This document shows positions 51,880 through 63,911 of a DNA stretch of 64,000 nucleotides, piece after piece (position 1 is the first letter of the stretch; every line of letters starts with the position of its first letter). The notes beneath the pieces are model-generated. The model made no database searches. It worked only from the letters and a program-made list of their open reading frames with translations, and was not told the DNA's origin. A program made the position numbers and the translations under genes. This stretch comes from Chiloscyllium plagiosum (Eukaryota): NCBI RefSeq assembly GCF_004010195.1, contig NC_057740.1, positions 3,891,142-3,955,141 of the forward strand. Reading direction: 5' to 3'.

Positions 51880-52375
51880 GAAACTTGAAAGGGTTCAGAA
51901 ATGATTTACAAGGATGTTGCCAGGGTTGGAGGATTTGAGTTATAGGGAGAGGCTGAACAGGCTGGGGCTGTTTTCCCTGGAGTGTCAGAGGCTGAGGGGC
52001 GACCTTATAGAGGTTTATAAAATCATGAGGGGCATGGATAGGATAAATAGGCAAAGTCGTTTCCCTGGAGTCGGGGAGTCCAGAACTAGAAGGCATAGGT
52101 TTAGGTTGAGAGGGGAAAGATATAAACAGACCTAAGGAGCAACTTTTTCACGCAGAGGGTGGTATGTGTATGGAATGAGCTGCCAGAGGATGTGGTGGAG
52201 GCTGGTACAATTGCAACATTTAAGAGGCATTTGGATGGGTATATGAATAGGAAGGGTTTGGAGGGATATGGGCCAGGTGCTGGCAGGTGGGACTAGATTG
52301 GGTTGGGATATCTGGTCGGCATGGACAGGTTGGACCGAAGGTCTGTTTCCATGCTGTACATCTCTATGACTCTAA
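51880..52375 (+). mobile_element. CR1/HER1 LINE 3' end
   Basis: LPGLEDLSYRERLNRLGLFSLE..LRGDLIEVYKIM and tail. Confidence 0.95.
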
Positions 52376-53079
52376 TTGAATGGCTGCGAGATTTTAGTTT
52401 ATTTTATAGAAACATCGTAGAATTCCTACAGGATGGAAACAGGCCATTTGGCCCAACAATTCCACACTGACCCTCCGAAGAGAAACCCACCCAGACCCAT
52501 CCCCCTACCCTATCCCTGTAACCCTGTATTTCCCATGGCTAATGTACCTAACTTACACATACCTGAATGCTATGGACAATTTAGCATGGCTAATCCATCT
52601 AACTTGCATATCTTTGCCATTTAAGTATAACTATCTTTGTCATACAAAGTATTTTTGAAATGGAATTTCATTTTTAAAGGGTGGAAGCATGTAGAGACAA
52701 CCACTATTTTACTTTTATTTTCCTTATCTTTTTGGTTTGGAACTATGAGTTGAAGTTAAGATTTGGACTTTAAACAGCAGCTTGTTTTAAAAGTGAAGAG
52801 AGGAAAGACAGATGTTTTCAGTTCAGAACTTTTCTGAAAAGTAATGCAGCTTAATTATTCATCTAAGGACACTGCTGAGGCACTGTCACTGAATAGTTGC
52901 TATGCTCAAGATTGGCAATTGGTTGGACGTTAAATTGGTCAATCGAGGAAGGACAAGGCTAACTAGCCAACCACACAAATTGTTGATTGAAAAGATAATA
53001 AATCAAATAGAATTGGTTCTTACTTGTTTGGCAGGAGGCAATGTGATTTTTGAAGACTTCTAGAGATGGTACGTCTTTT

Positions 53080-53377
53080 TTAGATTTTCTACAATGTGGA
53101 AACAGGCCCTTCGGCCCAACCAGTCCACACCGACCCTCTGAAGAGTAACCCACCAAACCCATTTCCCTCTGACTAACACTATGGGTAATTTAATACGACC
53201 AATTCACCTGACCTGCACATCTTTGGACTGTGGGAGGAAACCTGAGCACCCGGAGGAAACCCACGCAGACACGAGAACGTGCAAACTCTACACAGACAGT
53301 CACCCGAGGCTGGAATCAAACCTGGGACCCTGGTGCTGTGAGGCAGCAGTACTAACCACTGAGTACTGTGCCGCCCC
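53080..53377 (-). mobile_element. HE1-type SINE
   Basis: Reverse HE1 head ctggtgctgtgaggcagcagtactaaccactgag. Confidence 0.9.
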
Positions 53378-54017
53378 AATTGTTTTGCTCTTTCTCTAAC
53401 TCGCTTTAGTTTGTCTCCAGTTATCAAATTGTTGAATGTTCTGAGAAAAGAATCCCAGTCTTTAAGGGTTAAGTAAATATTTCTAGAAGTCCATTGAAAC
53501 TGTTTGCATTAACTGGTGAATTTGGAATTCAAACAAGATATACAGTTTGATTTGCCTGTGAACAACCCATATTCCAAGAATTTTATGAAAGCCTGATATC
53601 TATCATTTGAAACAGTCATTAAACTGACAAATTACAGTTCTTTTATTTCCTTTTTAAAATTTGTCACTTAATTGTGTCTGAGTGGGGACAGGTTATGACA
53701 AAAAAAATTACATCGTAGACATTAATTATATTATGTTGTTTATCTGTATTCTGCTAGAGTCACATTGTTAATTTTTGTTTAAGCTAAAAACTTGGTGTCC
53801 AAGATATCTTAGTTGTAAAGTCTAGATAGGAACAATTGTGCAATTTTAATGCTATTCAATGTTTTAATTTCACTGTGTTGCAAATCCAGTGTAGGGAGGC
53901 TGATTTTGTTTGGCTTGCTATCCCTGGTCATAACAGGGACCAGTGTTCTGGTGAATCAGAAACTAAAGTTGTAGATTGGGCTTTAAATTAATTAGTAGCA
54001 GAGAGAATTTAGTAATA

Positions 54018-54350
54018 GGAAACAATGGCCTAGTGGTATTATCGCTGGACTCGGGCAATATTCTGGGACCCGGTTTAAATCTTGCCACATCAATGGTGGA
54101 ATTTGAATTCAACAAATATCTGTTTTTTTAAGAGTCTTAATGATGACCATGAATCCATTGTCAATTGTCAGGAAAACCCCATCTGGTTCACTAATGTCCT
54201 ATAGGGAAGGAAATCACCATCCTTACCTGGTCTGGCTTACATGTGACTCCAGGCCCACAACAATGTGGTTGATTCTTAACTACCCTCTGGGCAATTAGGG
54301 ATGAGCAATAAATGCTGGCCCAGCCGGCAATACCCTCATTCCATGAATGC
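54018..54350 (+). mobile_element. tRNA-headed SINE-like element sharing segments with the 22820-26660 LINE
   Basis: tggcctagtggtatt head, catgtgactccag body, gggcaattagggatgagcaataaatgc tail. Confidence 0.7.
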
Positions 54351-54734
54351 AGTACAGAGGTGCATCGATAAGGAGATGCAGAAATAGAAATAAATGAATA
54401 TGACTTGATAGCTATTGCAAAGATATGCTTGCAGGGTGACCAGAACTCAGAATTTGCTGTACTGGAAGATTAGGCTAAAAGGAAAAGGAATTGGTGTACC
54501 TTTGCTTAAAAAAAAGGAAGATAGTGGTGTAGAGGTGAGTAATGATATATGCGCAATCGATCATAATATGAAATCAGTAGTTGAAGTAAGGAATAGCAAG
54601 GGAAAGGAGTCATTGGCGGGAGTCATCTATAGGTTCCATTGTCTCACGGTAGGATAATGTGGACTTGATAACTTTGAGCTAGTCAAAATCTCTTGCTGTC
54701 ATCCCAACTTATACCAAGTCCCACACAGCCATCA

Positions 54735-56290
54735 CCTTCCCTGGAGCATCGGAGGCTGAGGGGTGACCTTCTAGAGGTTTATAAAATAATGAGGGGCATG
54801 GATAGGATAAATAGACAAAGTATTTTCCCTGGGGTGGTATAGGTTTAGGGTGAGAGGGGAAATATTTGAAAGAGAACTAAGGGGCAACTATTTCACACAG
54901 AGGATGGTGAGTGTATGGAATAAGCTGCCAGAGGAAATGGTGGAGGATGGTACAATTGCAACATTTAAAAGGCCTCTGGCAAATGGGACTAGATTAGGTT
55001 AGGATATCTGGTTGGCATGGACAAGTTGAACCAAAGGGTCTGTTTCTATGCTGTACATCTCTATGACTCTATAATTGTCTAAAGTGAACTGGGGAAAAAG
55101 ACTAAAAGGAAGATAAGTGGATGAACAATAACAGATATTTTAAGCAGATATTTCATACTGCTCAGCATAACTTTATTCCAGTCAAAAAGAAGTATCTGAT
55201 GAGAAGGGTGAATCACCTGTGGTTAACAAGTGCGGTCAATTAACAACTAAGGCAAAATAGAGAAAATTAGTGGTAAGCAAGAGGATTGGAAATGTTTTAG
55301 AAACCATCAGCAGATGACCAAAAAGCTAATAAAAACAGCAAAAATCAATTATGAAAGCAAATTGGTAAGAAATATAAAGACAAGCAAAAGAGTTTGGGTA
55401 CATAAAAAGTGAATGTGGGACACTTAGAGAGCGTTTCTGAATAAGTTATAACTGGAGACAGTGAAACAATGAACACTTTGAACCAGTATTTTATGTTGGA
55501 GGGTGATGGAGGATACTGTAAACATTCCAAAGATATCAGATAAACAAGGTACTTCTGGAGGAAAAGATTTGTGACAGTCTCTACCACAAGGGACAAAGTA
55601 TTTTACAAACAAATGGAACTGAAAGCAGGTGAGTCAACAGGTGACCTGGGTCCAAGGGCTTTAAAGAAACAGCCAGCAGAGATGGTGGTGGCATTGATCG
55701 AGATATTCTAGATCTGATTGGATTCCAGGAGGGTTCCAGTGGATTGAAAACTTACAAATTTCAAGAAGAGAGGGTGACAGAAAGCAAGAAACTATTAGTC
55801 AGTTAGCCATCTACTGTGGAGAAAATGCTAGTGTCCATTATTAAAGGAGTATCTGGACATTTGGAAAATCTCAGCACAATCACAATCATGGTTTTGCTGA
55901 AAGGAAATTATTTTTGACATATTTTCTAGAGTTCTATAACAAGCAGAGTTGGTTATAATGTAACGTATTTGAATTTCAAAAATCATTTGATATGATGCCA
56001 CACAAAAGGTTTCTTTATAAGATAGGTGTTGGGGGTAATAGATTATCATAGATTGAGAATTAGTTAATACATAGAAGGCAGAGAGTCAAGATTAATGGAT
56101 CTTTTTCAGGTTGGAAAGATTATAGCTAGTGGAATGCCACCAGGATTAGTCCCAGAGCCTCAATTATTTAACACTTGTATCAATGACTTCTGGGAGGGGT
56201 AGAGTGTGAGAACCCAAATCATGGTTGATACAAAAATTGGTGAGTACATACAGAATCTACAAAGTATTATAAAGATGTTAGGTTAGCTGG
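54735..56290 (+). mobile_element. CR1 3' end (54735-55075) within an older CR1 relic
   Basis: ctggagcatcggaggctgaggggtgacc...ctatgactcta, followed by a degenerate RT region. Confidence 0.75.
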
Positions 56291-56517
56291 TCAATAATTC
56301 CCTCGCTTTTCTGTCTAATGTTTCTTAAATATTGGAGTGCAGTGCACAATTTTCCAGTTGAAACAAAATGTCCCTGAACTAAGAGAACTTTGGAAGGTTA
56401 ATGTTAAAGCACATGCAATGTTCTCACTTACTTTATTTTAAAACACCAATAATTATAAAGGAGAAATGGTGACAATCACTATCAAGTTCAAACTGTGCTC
56501 TTAAAGAGCTTCAATAC

Positions 56518-56642
56518 CTTCCATCATGCTGTCTGGTTTGAAAGGTGGGATTGGAGGATGGATATTGAGTCCCTTCAGCTTCTTCCCCACTATCCCCACT
56601 GGCTCCACATCATCATATTCATTCTGTTCTTGTTGCTGACAC
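56518..56642 (-). CDS. FYB/PRAM1-like internal exon with YDDVEP motif
   Basis: cattgtctccag acceptor and G|gtattg donor. Encodes CQQQEQNEYDDVEPVGIVGKKLKGLNIHPPIPPFKPDSMME. YDDV is the family's SH2-docking motif. Confidence 0.85.
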
Positions 56643-57039
56643 CTGGAGACAATGACAATCAGAGGAACCTTAGATTCCAATAATACATATCAGCCAACTG
56701 TAGAGAGAGAATCACAGTTAACATTTCAGGTCAGTGGCCTTCCATTAACACTCAGAATAGGCTAGGAGTAAGACGGCTCTTGCAGAGAGTCGGTCCAGAC
56801 ACTATGAGCCCAATGGTCTCCTTCTATGCAGTAACTGTTCAATACTCTGCAATTACAGGCCAAGATACTCAGTGTTTCTCAAGCCAGACAAAATGTAATT
56901 TGATATTTCTTTAACCAGGCCTCTCTAAATTGTTCCATTACCAATCTGATCAGAAACATAGAAAATAAGCGCAGGAGTAGATCATTCAGCCCATCAAGCC
57001 TGCTTCGCCATTCAATATGATCACGTCAGATGCTAATGG

Positions 57040-57415
57040 ACTTCCAAGTCCCACTCCAGAGATTTGAGTTTATTATCTAGGCTGACACTGCTGAGCAGTA
57101 CAGGGCCATGCTGCGCTATCAGAAATGTCATCTTTTACCTGGACCATTCAACTGAGGCCCTGCCTGCCTGCTCCACTGTAAAAGACCTCAAAATATTTAA
57201 GGGTGTTAGGGACTTCTCTCTTGTTGCTTAGCAATATGTATTCATCAACCAACCCCTAAAACAGATTATGTATCATTACCATCTTGCTGTTTGTGGGATC
57301 TTGCTGTGCACAAAGTGACTGCCGCATTTCCATTGTTATTTCAAACTTAAACTACTTCATTGGCCAGAAAGCTTTGGAACATGCTGTGACTGTGTAAGGC
57401 TTTATAGAAGCATAT
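57040..57415 (+). mobile_element. Deu-domain SINE (SacSINE1/AmnSINE1-like)
   Basis: caaccaac..taaaacagattat..tcatta..ttgctgtttgtgggatcttgctgtgcacaaa..gctgccgcatttcc and tail match the Deu-SINE consensus as I recall it. Confidence 0.65.
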
Positions 57416-57959
57416 GAAAGTCATTGGCATTGAACGAGACCATTCAGCCTATCATTTCTGCACTGGAAAAGTAAGTTTATCCTTTTCTTTCTAAAAGTAA
57501 AGTGTGCTACATCCAAATGCATGGACTGCAAGGCAGTCCACACAAAAATGTAAACAAGAAGCTTGTCCACATCTCAGAGACCACTTAACAAACTCAAACT
57601 GTGAAAATCTGAATAGTGGTTTGGAAAACTTGGAAAAGTAATTCTGAAAGTTTTAAACAGCCAACACTCCAATGTTCAGAAAGGGTCAGAAGCAACATAA
57701 TAGGAGTTAAAAGCCACCCTGTGTGATGGCTAAAGCAGGGGAGCAGACAATGTAAGGGAAATAATTCAAGTTCACAACCGCAATAAATATTATCACAATA
57801 CCTAAAGACATTTACTGGAATATCTTAAAGAAAAGAATTGATGGTTGACCATGATGCGAAGTTCAGATGCCTTGATTTATTGTTTAGTTTGTTCATGATG
57901 TGAAAGTATTGCTAACAGCTTCTGCATCGATTGCCCTTCATTCATTTTCATAGAGAAGG

Positions 57960-58465
57960 TGGGTGTTTATGCGGTTCAGGGAACATATCTGGGATGCACC
58001 AAACAACCCCATCACTCTGTGACTATAACTTTAACTCCCCCTCCCACTCTGCCAAGGACATGCAAATCCTGGGCCTCTTCCACCGCCAAATCAAAGCCAC
58101 CTGCCAACTGCAGGAAGAATGCCTCACCTTCCACCTCAGGACCCTACAACCACATGGCATCAACGTCAACTTCACCAGTTTCCTCATCTACCCTCCTCCC
58201 ATCTCATCCCAGATCAAAACCATCCAACTCGGCACTGCCTTCTTGATCTGTCCTACCTGTCCATCTTTCTTCCCACCCATCTGCTCCACCCTCCCCACTG
58301 ACCTATCACAATTACCTCCCACTTGCATCCACCTATTGCCTGCCCCCAACCTCGCCCCACACCCCTATTTATCTCTCAGCCCCCTTCCCCCTCCACATTC
58401 CTGATGAAGGGCTTGTGCCCGAATCGTTGACTATCCTGCTCCTCTGATATTGCCTGACCTGCTCT
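57960..58465 (+). mobile_element. PLE 3' end (GIY-YIG C-terminus plus decayed hammerhead)
   Basis: FNSPSHSAKDMQILGL...LQEECLTFHLRTLQPHGINVNF. cCTGATGAagggcttgtgcccGAATcg at ~58400-58426. Confidence 0.85.
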
Positions 58466-58563
58466 TGTTACTAAGAGTCACTCTTTTCCTGATTGTATCG
58501 CTTCCCTTGCTGATAGAGTGGTTCTCCTGTAATGAAGCCCAATAACACAGGGTGAATACTCAC

Positions 58564-58615
58564 ATGGGCTGTCTGTTATTTTTCACGATCTGTAGGTGGG
58601 CATTCTGAATATCTT
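58564..58615 (-). CDS. FYB/PRAM1-like internal exon (EDIQNAHLQIVKNNRQPM)
   Basis: cctctgtctccag acceptor and gtgagt donor. Phase 1 to phase 2 joins the flanking exons in frame. Confidence 0.7.
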
Positions 58616-59249
58616 CTGGAGACAGAGGTATGAACACGTGATGAGCATGTGGCTGGACTACTGTAGAAATGGGAAGATCCCAGACAATAGTCAGTCAGTT
58701 ATTATTATAATAACGACATTAACAACAGAATAACAAAGCGCTTCACACTGACTAGCTGGGGGTATGACATGCTTTCATGAAGTAGGAAGGTAAAGAGTGT
58801 GACAGAAACCTTGCTTGAATAGATAGGTTTTGAGTTTGATTTTGACTTTGGAGAGTTCCACAGAAATGGAATCAAGAATTAGGTGTGGGAAAGGATATAA
58901 GGTTTGAAGAGGCTGCGGGATAAAGTGGGTGAACCAGGAAGAGATCTAAACTTGGAAAATTTAATTTAAAAAGTTGGGAATCGGAAATCAGTTGTGAGAT
59001 CATACATCAAAGCCCCCCCCTCCACCCCAAACCCCGCCGTCACTATAAGCTTCACTTTGGGATGAGATTTAGTTTCAGTTTTTCATTTGCTGCCCCATAC
59101 ATATAGCCGGTAATGTCGGGGTCACCATTAGCATATTGAGTGACAATTTGTATTTTGTGACCCACAGAGTTTTCATTGAGTTGGACATGTCTTGGAAACC
59201 TTTGGAAAACTTCTCAGGGTTTGGAAATCTTGGTGGGAAGCCTCATGGT

Positions 59250-59712
59250 GAGATGTTGCCAGGATTGAGGGTTCGAGCTATAGGGAGATGCTGAACAAGC
59301 TGGGGCTGTTTTTCCTGGAGCGTCGGAGGCTAGGGGGTGACCTTATAGAGGTTTATAAAATCATGAGGGGCATGGATAGGGTAAATAGACAAAGTCTTTT
59401 CCCTGGGGTGGGGAGTCCAGAACTAGAGGCCATAGGTTCAGAGTCAGAGGGGAAAGATATAAAAGGGACCTAAGGGGCAACTTTTTCACGCAGAAGGTGG
59501 TGCATATATGGAATGAGCTGCCAGAGGAAGTGGTGGAGGCTGGTACAATTACAACATTTAAAAGGCATTTGGATGGGTATACGAAAAGGAAGGGTTTAGA
59601 GGGATATGGGCCAAGTGCTGGCCTATGGGACTAGATTAGGTTAGGATATCTGGTCGGCATGGATGAGTGGATCGAAGGATCTGTTTCCATGCTGTACATC
59701 TTTATGACTCTA
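59250..59712 (+). mobile_element. CR1/HER1 LINE 3' end
   Basis: LERRRLGGDLIEVYKIMRGMDRVNRQSLFPGVG. Confidence 0.95.
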
Positions 59713-59869
59713 TCTTTCCTTCCATGATGATTTCTTTGGATCAATGTCCTCCCCCTACTGAATGGATCCTTTCACCATATCCAGTGTTCTCAATCCAACT
59801 GGATTCTTATCCACTCTTGAACTTTTCATTGAGAACTTTGGTGTGACATTGTCCATCTTGTAGGAACAA

Positions 59870-60410
59870 AATCACATCGGAATACGCTTAGGCCATTCAG
59901 TCCACTGAGCCTACTCTACCATTCAATAAGATCATTGTTGATCGAATACTTGAATGCCTTTTACTCACCTCATCATCATTATCCTGTTTTCCACTCATAA
60001 TCAGAAATCTATCAATCTCCACATTTAAACATACTCAAAGACTGAGCTTCTACAGTCCTCCGTGGTACAGAAATCCAAATGTTGTTCTTATCTCTGACTT
60101 AAGTGGCATTACTTCCCTTTCTAAATTGTGCCCCATGGTTCTCGATTCCCAAATCAGGGCATACATATTACCTGTATCTACTATGTCAGTCTGCTTCAGT
60201 ATTTTGTAGGTTTCAATGAGATTGCCTCTCATTTTTTTTGAAACTCTAGATAATACAGGCTCTGTTTGCCCAATCCCTCTTCATTAGACAGCCCCACCAT
60301 CCTGGGAACAAGTCTGGTGAATCTTTTTTATGCTCCCTTTGTGACAATAATATCTTTCCTGAGGTAAGGAGACCAGTAATGTACCAGGTGTGGTCTAACC
60401 AATCTCCTAT
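59870..60410 (-). mobile_element. CR1 LINE 3' end
   Basis: MRGNLIETYKILK on the minus strand. Confidence 0.8.
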
Positions 60411-62274
60411 ACAAGTCTCAAATTCTTTGCTGTCCTTGTCCACTCTCTAACATGTAGCCCTCTGAACCTGTTGCATAATCTGTTCTCTCAGGTTTAAGCT
60501 TAAGACTGTTATCAAGCCTTCTGATAAAGAGGATGCCGTTCTGTCTGGCAAACTGAGTTCCATGTGGCAGCGATTGAACATCTTCTCTCCAATATTTGCT
60601 CTTATCTCCATTGTTTCCCAAACAGTCTTATTGTTGTTATAGTCTTAACCTTATAATCCTAAGATTATTGTTTCTGGTAATTTTCCCCTATTGGGGCAAT
60701 TTGGGTATGACATGAGTTAACCCATAAATCCACTTGAATTTTCAGCTGAGATTAGAGTGAGTTAGAGAGTTTTAAGTAACTTTATAAATCATTTAAGACT
60801 CATTTTTCAATTACTAGTCAGTTTAAAAGAAAAGTTAGTTAGACCGTATAAGCACACTTTGATGCTGATGCAACAGACAGGCAGAGTTTCCGTGAAAATG
60901 CAAAGTCTATGAACCAGCGTCAATCCTGAGGCCTTATTTGGAAATTGATAGTGAGGATGACCCCTGTACTACACAAAGGAAAACAAAGCAGAGGAGTTTA
61001 CTCACAGATGGGAATGAAGAACTAGCTTTAGTGGGAAGATAGGGAGTGGTGAGACCAAGGATAACAAGCGCCTTGCCACTTTTAGAATGTGTGATAAACA
61101 AAGTGTTTGTGTAAAACAGACCACTTCAGAATTCAACTAATGTAGTGTCTCCATGACTTGCAATATATAAACTCTGCTGAATCCTAGTTGAGTTAGAGTG
61201 CTCCCTTAGATTCCTTTTTAAAGTGGACTTTCCTGAAATTGGCTCATTAAGCGATTGCTGACCGGTACCCCTCGGCTCCTGAGATTATTTCATAAGATAA
61301 TCGAACACAACAGCTTCCCGCTTCATAGTTATCCAACATCATGCAGTTCATTTCTTCCTCCGTCCCAAAATGCATGAACAAGACTGCCCTGGTGGACCAG
61401 TCCTTTCAGCCTGTTGTTGGCCCACTGAATTGCTTTCTTCCTATCTTGACTCAATATTTTCTCCTCTATCCAGTCTCTCCCCATCTACTTCTGTGATATT
61501 TTTGATGTCCTCCATTAATTTCCTGACCCTACCATATCTTCTTCACCATGGACCTTAAAAGAGAGGAAGGTGTATTTGTTATTGGCATCATGATAGAGAT
61601 AGCAGAAATAGAGGGAAATGATCTTTTAAATATGGAGTTTGGTGGGAAGGAAGGTGAACAGAAGGAAAATGCTACTTTCATTCCAAGAGGGAGGAGAAGT
61701 GGGGAGGACAGAAGGGAGAGAAATATGATAGACGTGGTTGAAGGCCTTGTCGTTACGGCTAGAGGGAATCCACAGTAGAGCAAAAGGAGAACCATACAGA
61801 AAAATTGCTTGGAAGGTAGCATCATCAAACAGATGCAACGGAGAAACTGGGAAAATGAAATGGCATCCTCCCATTTATTACAACCAAGATCAGAGGCTAG
61901 TCACACAACTGCATGGATGCTTTAGGCTCTCTGCTCCCTAACCAACTGCCTGTCAATGTGACTGAATTGCTTTAAGCCAATTGCTCAATATCCCTGAAGT
62001 AGCACTTTAGGAGTCAAGAGCAAGGGATGTCCAAAGTTAAGATAAATGAGAGGTCAGGTTAGGAGGATTATGCAGAGGAAGTGGGAGAATGGAGAAGAGG
62101 GTGAAGTAGAGGAATGAAAGGAGGTGGAGAGGAGGCAGGAGATGGATAAAGAGGTGAGGAAACAGGAATGGGTTAATGGCTCCCCAACAATAACAATAGT
62201 AATCTAGTACCTTCCATATAATAATCTGTTTCAATTAAAGTGTTAAATGTACATTATTCATAATGTACATGGCA

Positions 62275-62480
62275 AACTAAGACAGAAAGTACAGAAGAAA
62301 ATCAGCAGGTGCTCTGCAGACAGGAAAACAGTTAACGTTTTGGGTCCAGTGATGACCCTTCGACAGAGCTGGAACTTCTTTTCCCTCTACAGATGAGGGG
62401 TAGAGGGAAGTTTCTGCTGAGTTTCTCCAGCACTTTCTGATCTTGTTTCAAATTTCCAGCATCTGGAGTTTTTTTTTCTC
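62275..62480. mobile_element. Decayed PLE inverted cassette
   Basis: Inverted arms. Reverse strand reads ctgtcga-agggtc..gaccc-aaaacgtt (eroded hammerhead). Confidence 0.55.
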
Positions 62481-62560
62481 TATTGTACAATGACAAACTG
62501 TCTTTCTCTATGACATTAATCATTTCATTCACAGTTATTGGACAGTTATGTGATCCATAC

Positions 62561-63254
62561 CGAGTGGTAGCACCGATGATGTAACAGACCGAGTTTCTGT
62601 CTCTCTCTGGTACCTCTGTAGGTTGACTCTAGGTGGACGCCGTGGTTTCACTGGCATTGGCCCAGTCATGGATGGGAGAGTTCTTTGTTTGGGGATGATA
62701 AGATCTTTGTCTGCAGTTTCTTTCCTCTGACTCACTGGATATCTGACCCCAGGCACCTGGTAATTCTTCCAGTTTCCTGAGCTAACAGGCTGTAACTTCA
62801 GCATTAGGTTTTGCCGCAAGGCCTCAGTCTTGCTGCTAGGCCCTGGTGCAGAGTCTTGGCATGGCCACAGTGTGTCAGGAAATCCCTGGTGGCCTCCAGT
62901 GTTAGTGAGAAGAGGAATAGATCCCACGGTGCAAATGCTGCTACGTTCCTTCTCAGTCTGCGGAGCCTTTGAGACATCAGATAAACATTTCAAAGCCACT
63001 TGACTTCTCATTCCTGGTTGAGCTCCTGGTTTGAAGCCTGAGGTTGGTTTACGGTCTTCCTGTTTGAAGGCATTGATGTTACTGTCCAGTCTGAGAGGAA
63101 GCCCTCCCTTAGTTATGGCTTTGGGTGACAGGCTTTCGCTGAAAGTAGACTGAGTTGTGACTGGAACAGCAGAACCCTGCTTGCGATGCACATCACTGTC
63201 AAGTACCTTGGGGTTAAACTTTGCCATGAAGCCGCTTAACTCTTCTTTCTCTGA
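62561..63254 (-). CDS. FYB/ADAP-PRAM1 family adaptor, large proline-rich exon
   Basis: ELSGFMAKFN resembles FYB1 DVKSLMAKYN. IPKQRTLPSMTGPMPVKPRRPPRVNLQRY resembles FYB1 TPKQKPLP..LGPPPPKPNRPPNVDLTKF. Acceptor gtgcttcag, donor G|gtatgg (phase 1). In-frame ATG at 63227. Confidence 0.85.
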
Positions 63255-63339
63255 CTGAAGCACATAGACAAACAAACTCTCACAAACTCACCTGGCTCTC
63301 CTCCAGAAATGATCTATATGTGTTTGAGAACAAAACACA

Positions 63340-63500
63340 AAGATAACGTGTGAAATGTCTTGCAGCTTCAACCAACCACAAAATGCAATCCGCATTCTAC
63401 ACAGTGGCCTGTGATGCAGTTACGATAAACATAACCACAGGCTGTGAGCCTTATCACGGCCATTGACATTTAACAATATATATGGGTCAAGTTGTGGTAA
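63340..63500. promoter_or_regulatory. RUNX/GATA motif cluster (putative haematopoietic promoter or enhancer)
   Basis: AACCACA at 63374 and 63433, TGTGGT at 63493. GATAA at 63342 and 63424, TTATCA at 63451. Immediately upstream of the large FYB-like exon. Confidence 0.45.
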
Positions 63501-63911
63501 TGGTTAGTTAATCCAAGGAACCCAAAATAAACCAGCAATTCAGACAGTTACAATCTACTGTTAAAGCATTCAAATGAAATATATTTATTGTTAAAATGAA
63601 GAAAACAAGATTTCCATTTCCACAGTGTCTTTCATAACCTTAGGACATCCAACCATGTTGTACAGCCGATGGAGGACAAGTGTAGACACTGCTGTATTTC
63701 AGAAAAGACAAGAAAAATATGCTTGGAAGTAAGAAAACAATTGAAATGGTTGGTTTGAGCCCTGAAGTGGGAAGTGTAAAACAGAGACTAAACTGAGCTT
63801 TCTCAAATTGGAACAGTTTGTTTGATGTATGAAGTTAGAGTTAAGAGAATTGATTGTAATTTTTTTCATTTAGAATAGTGCTAAAGCTTAAACCAGCACT
63901 AACAACAAAAT

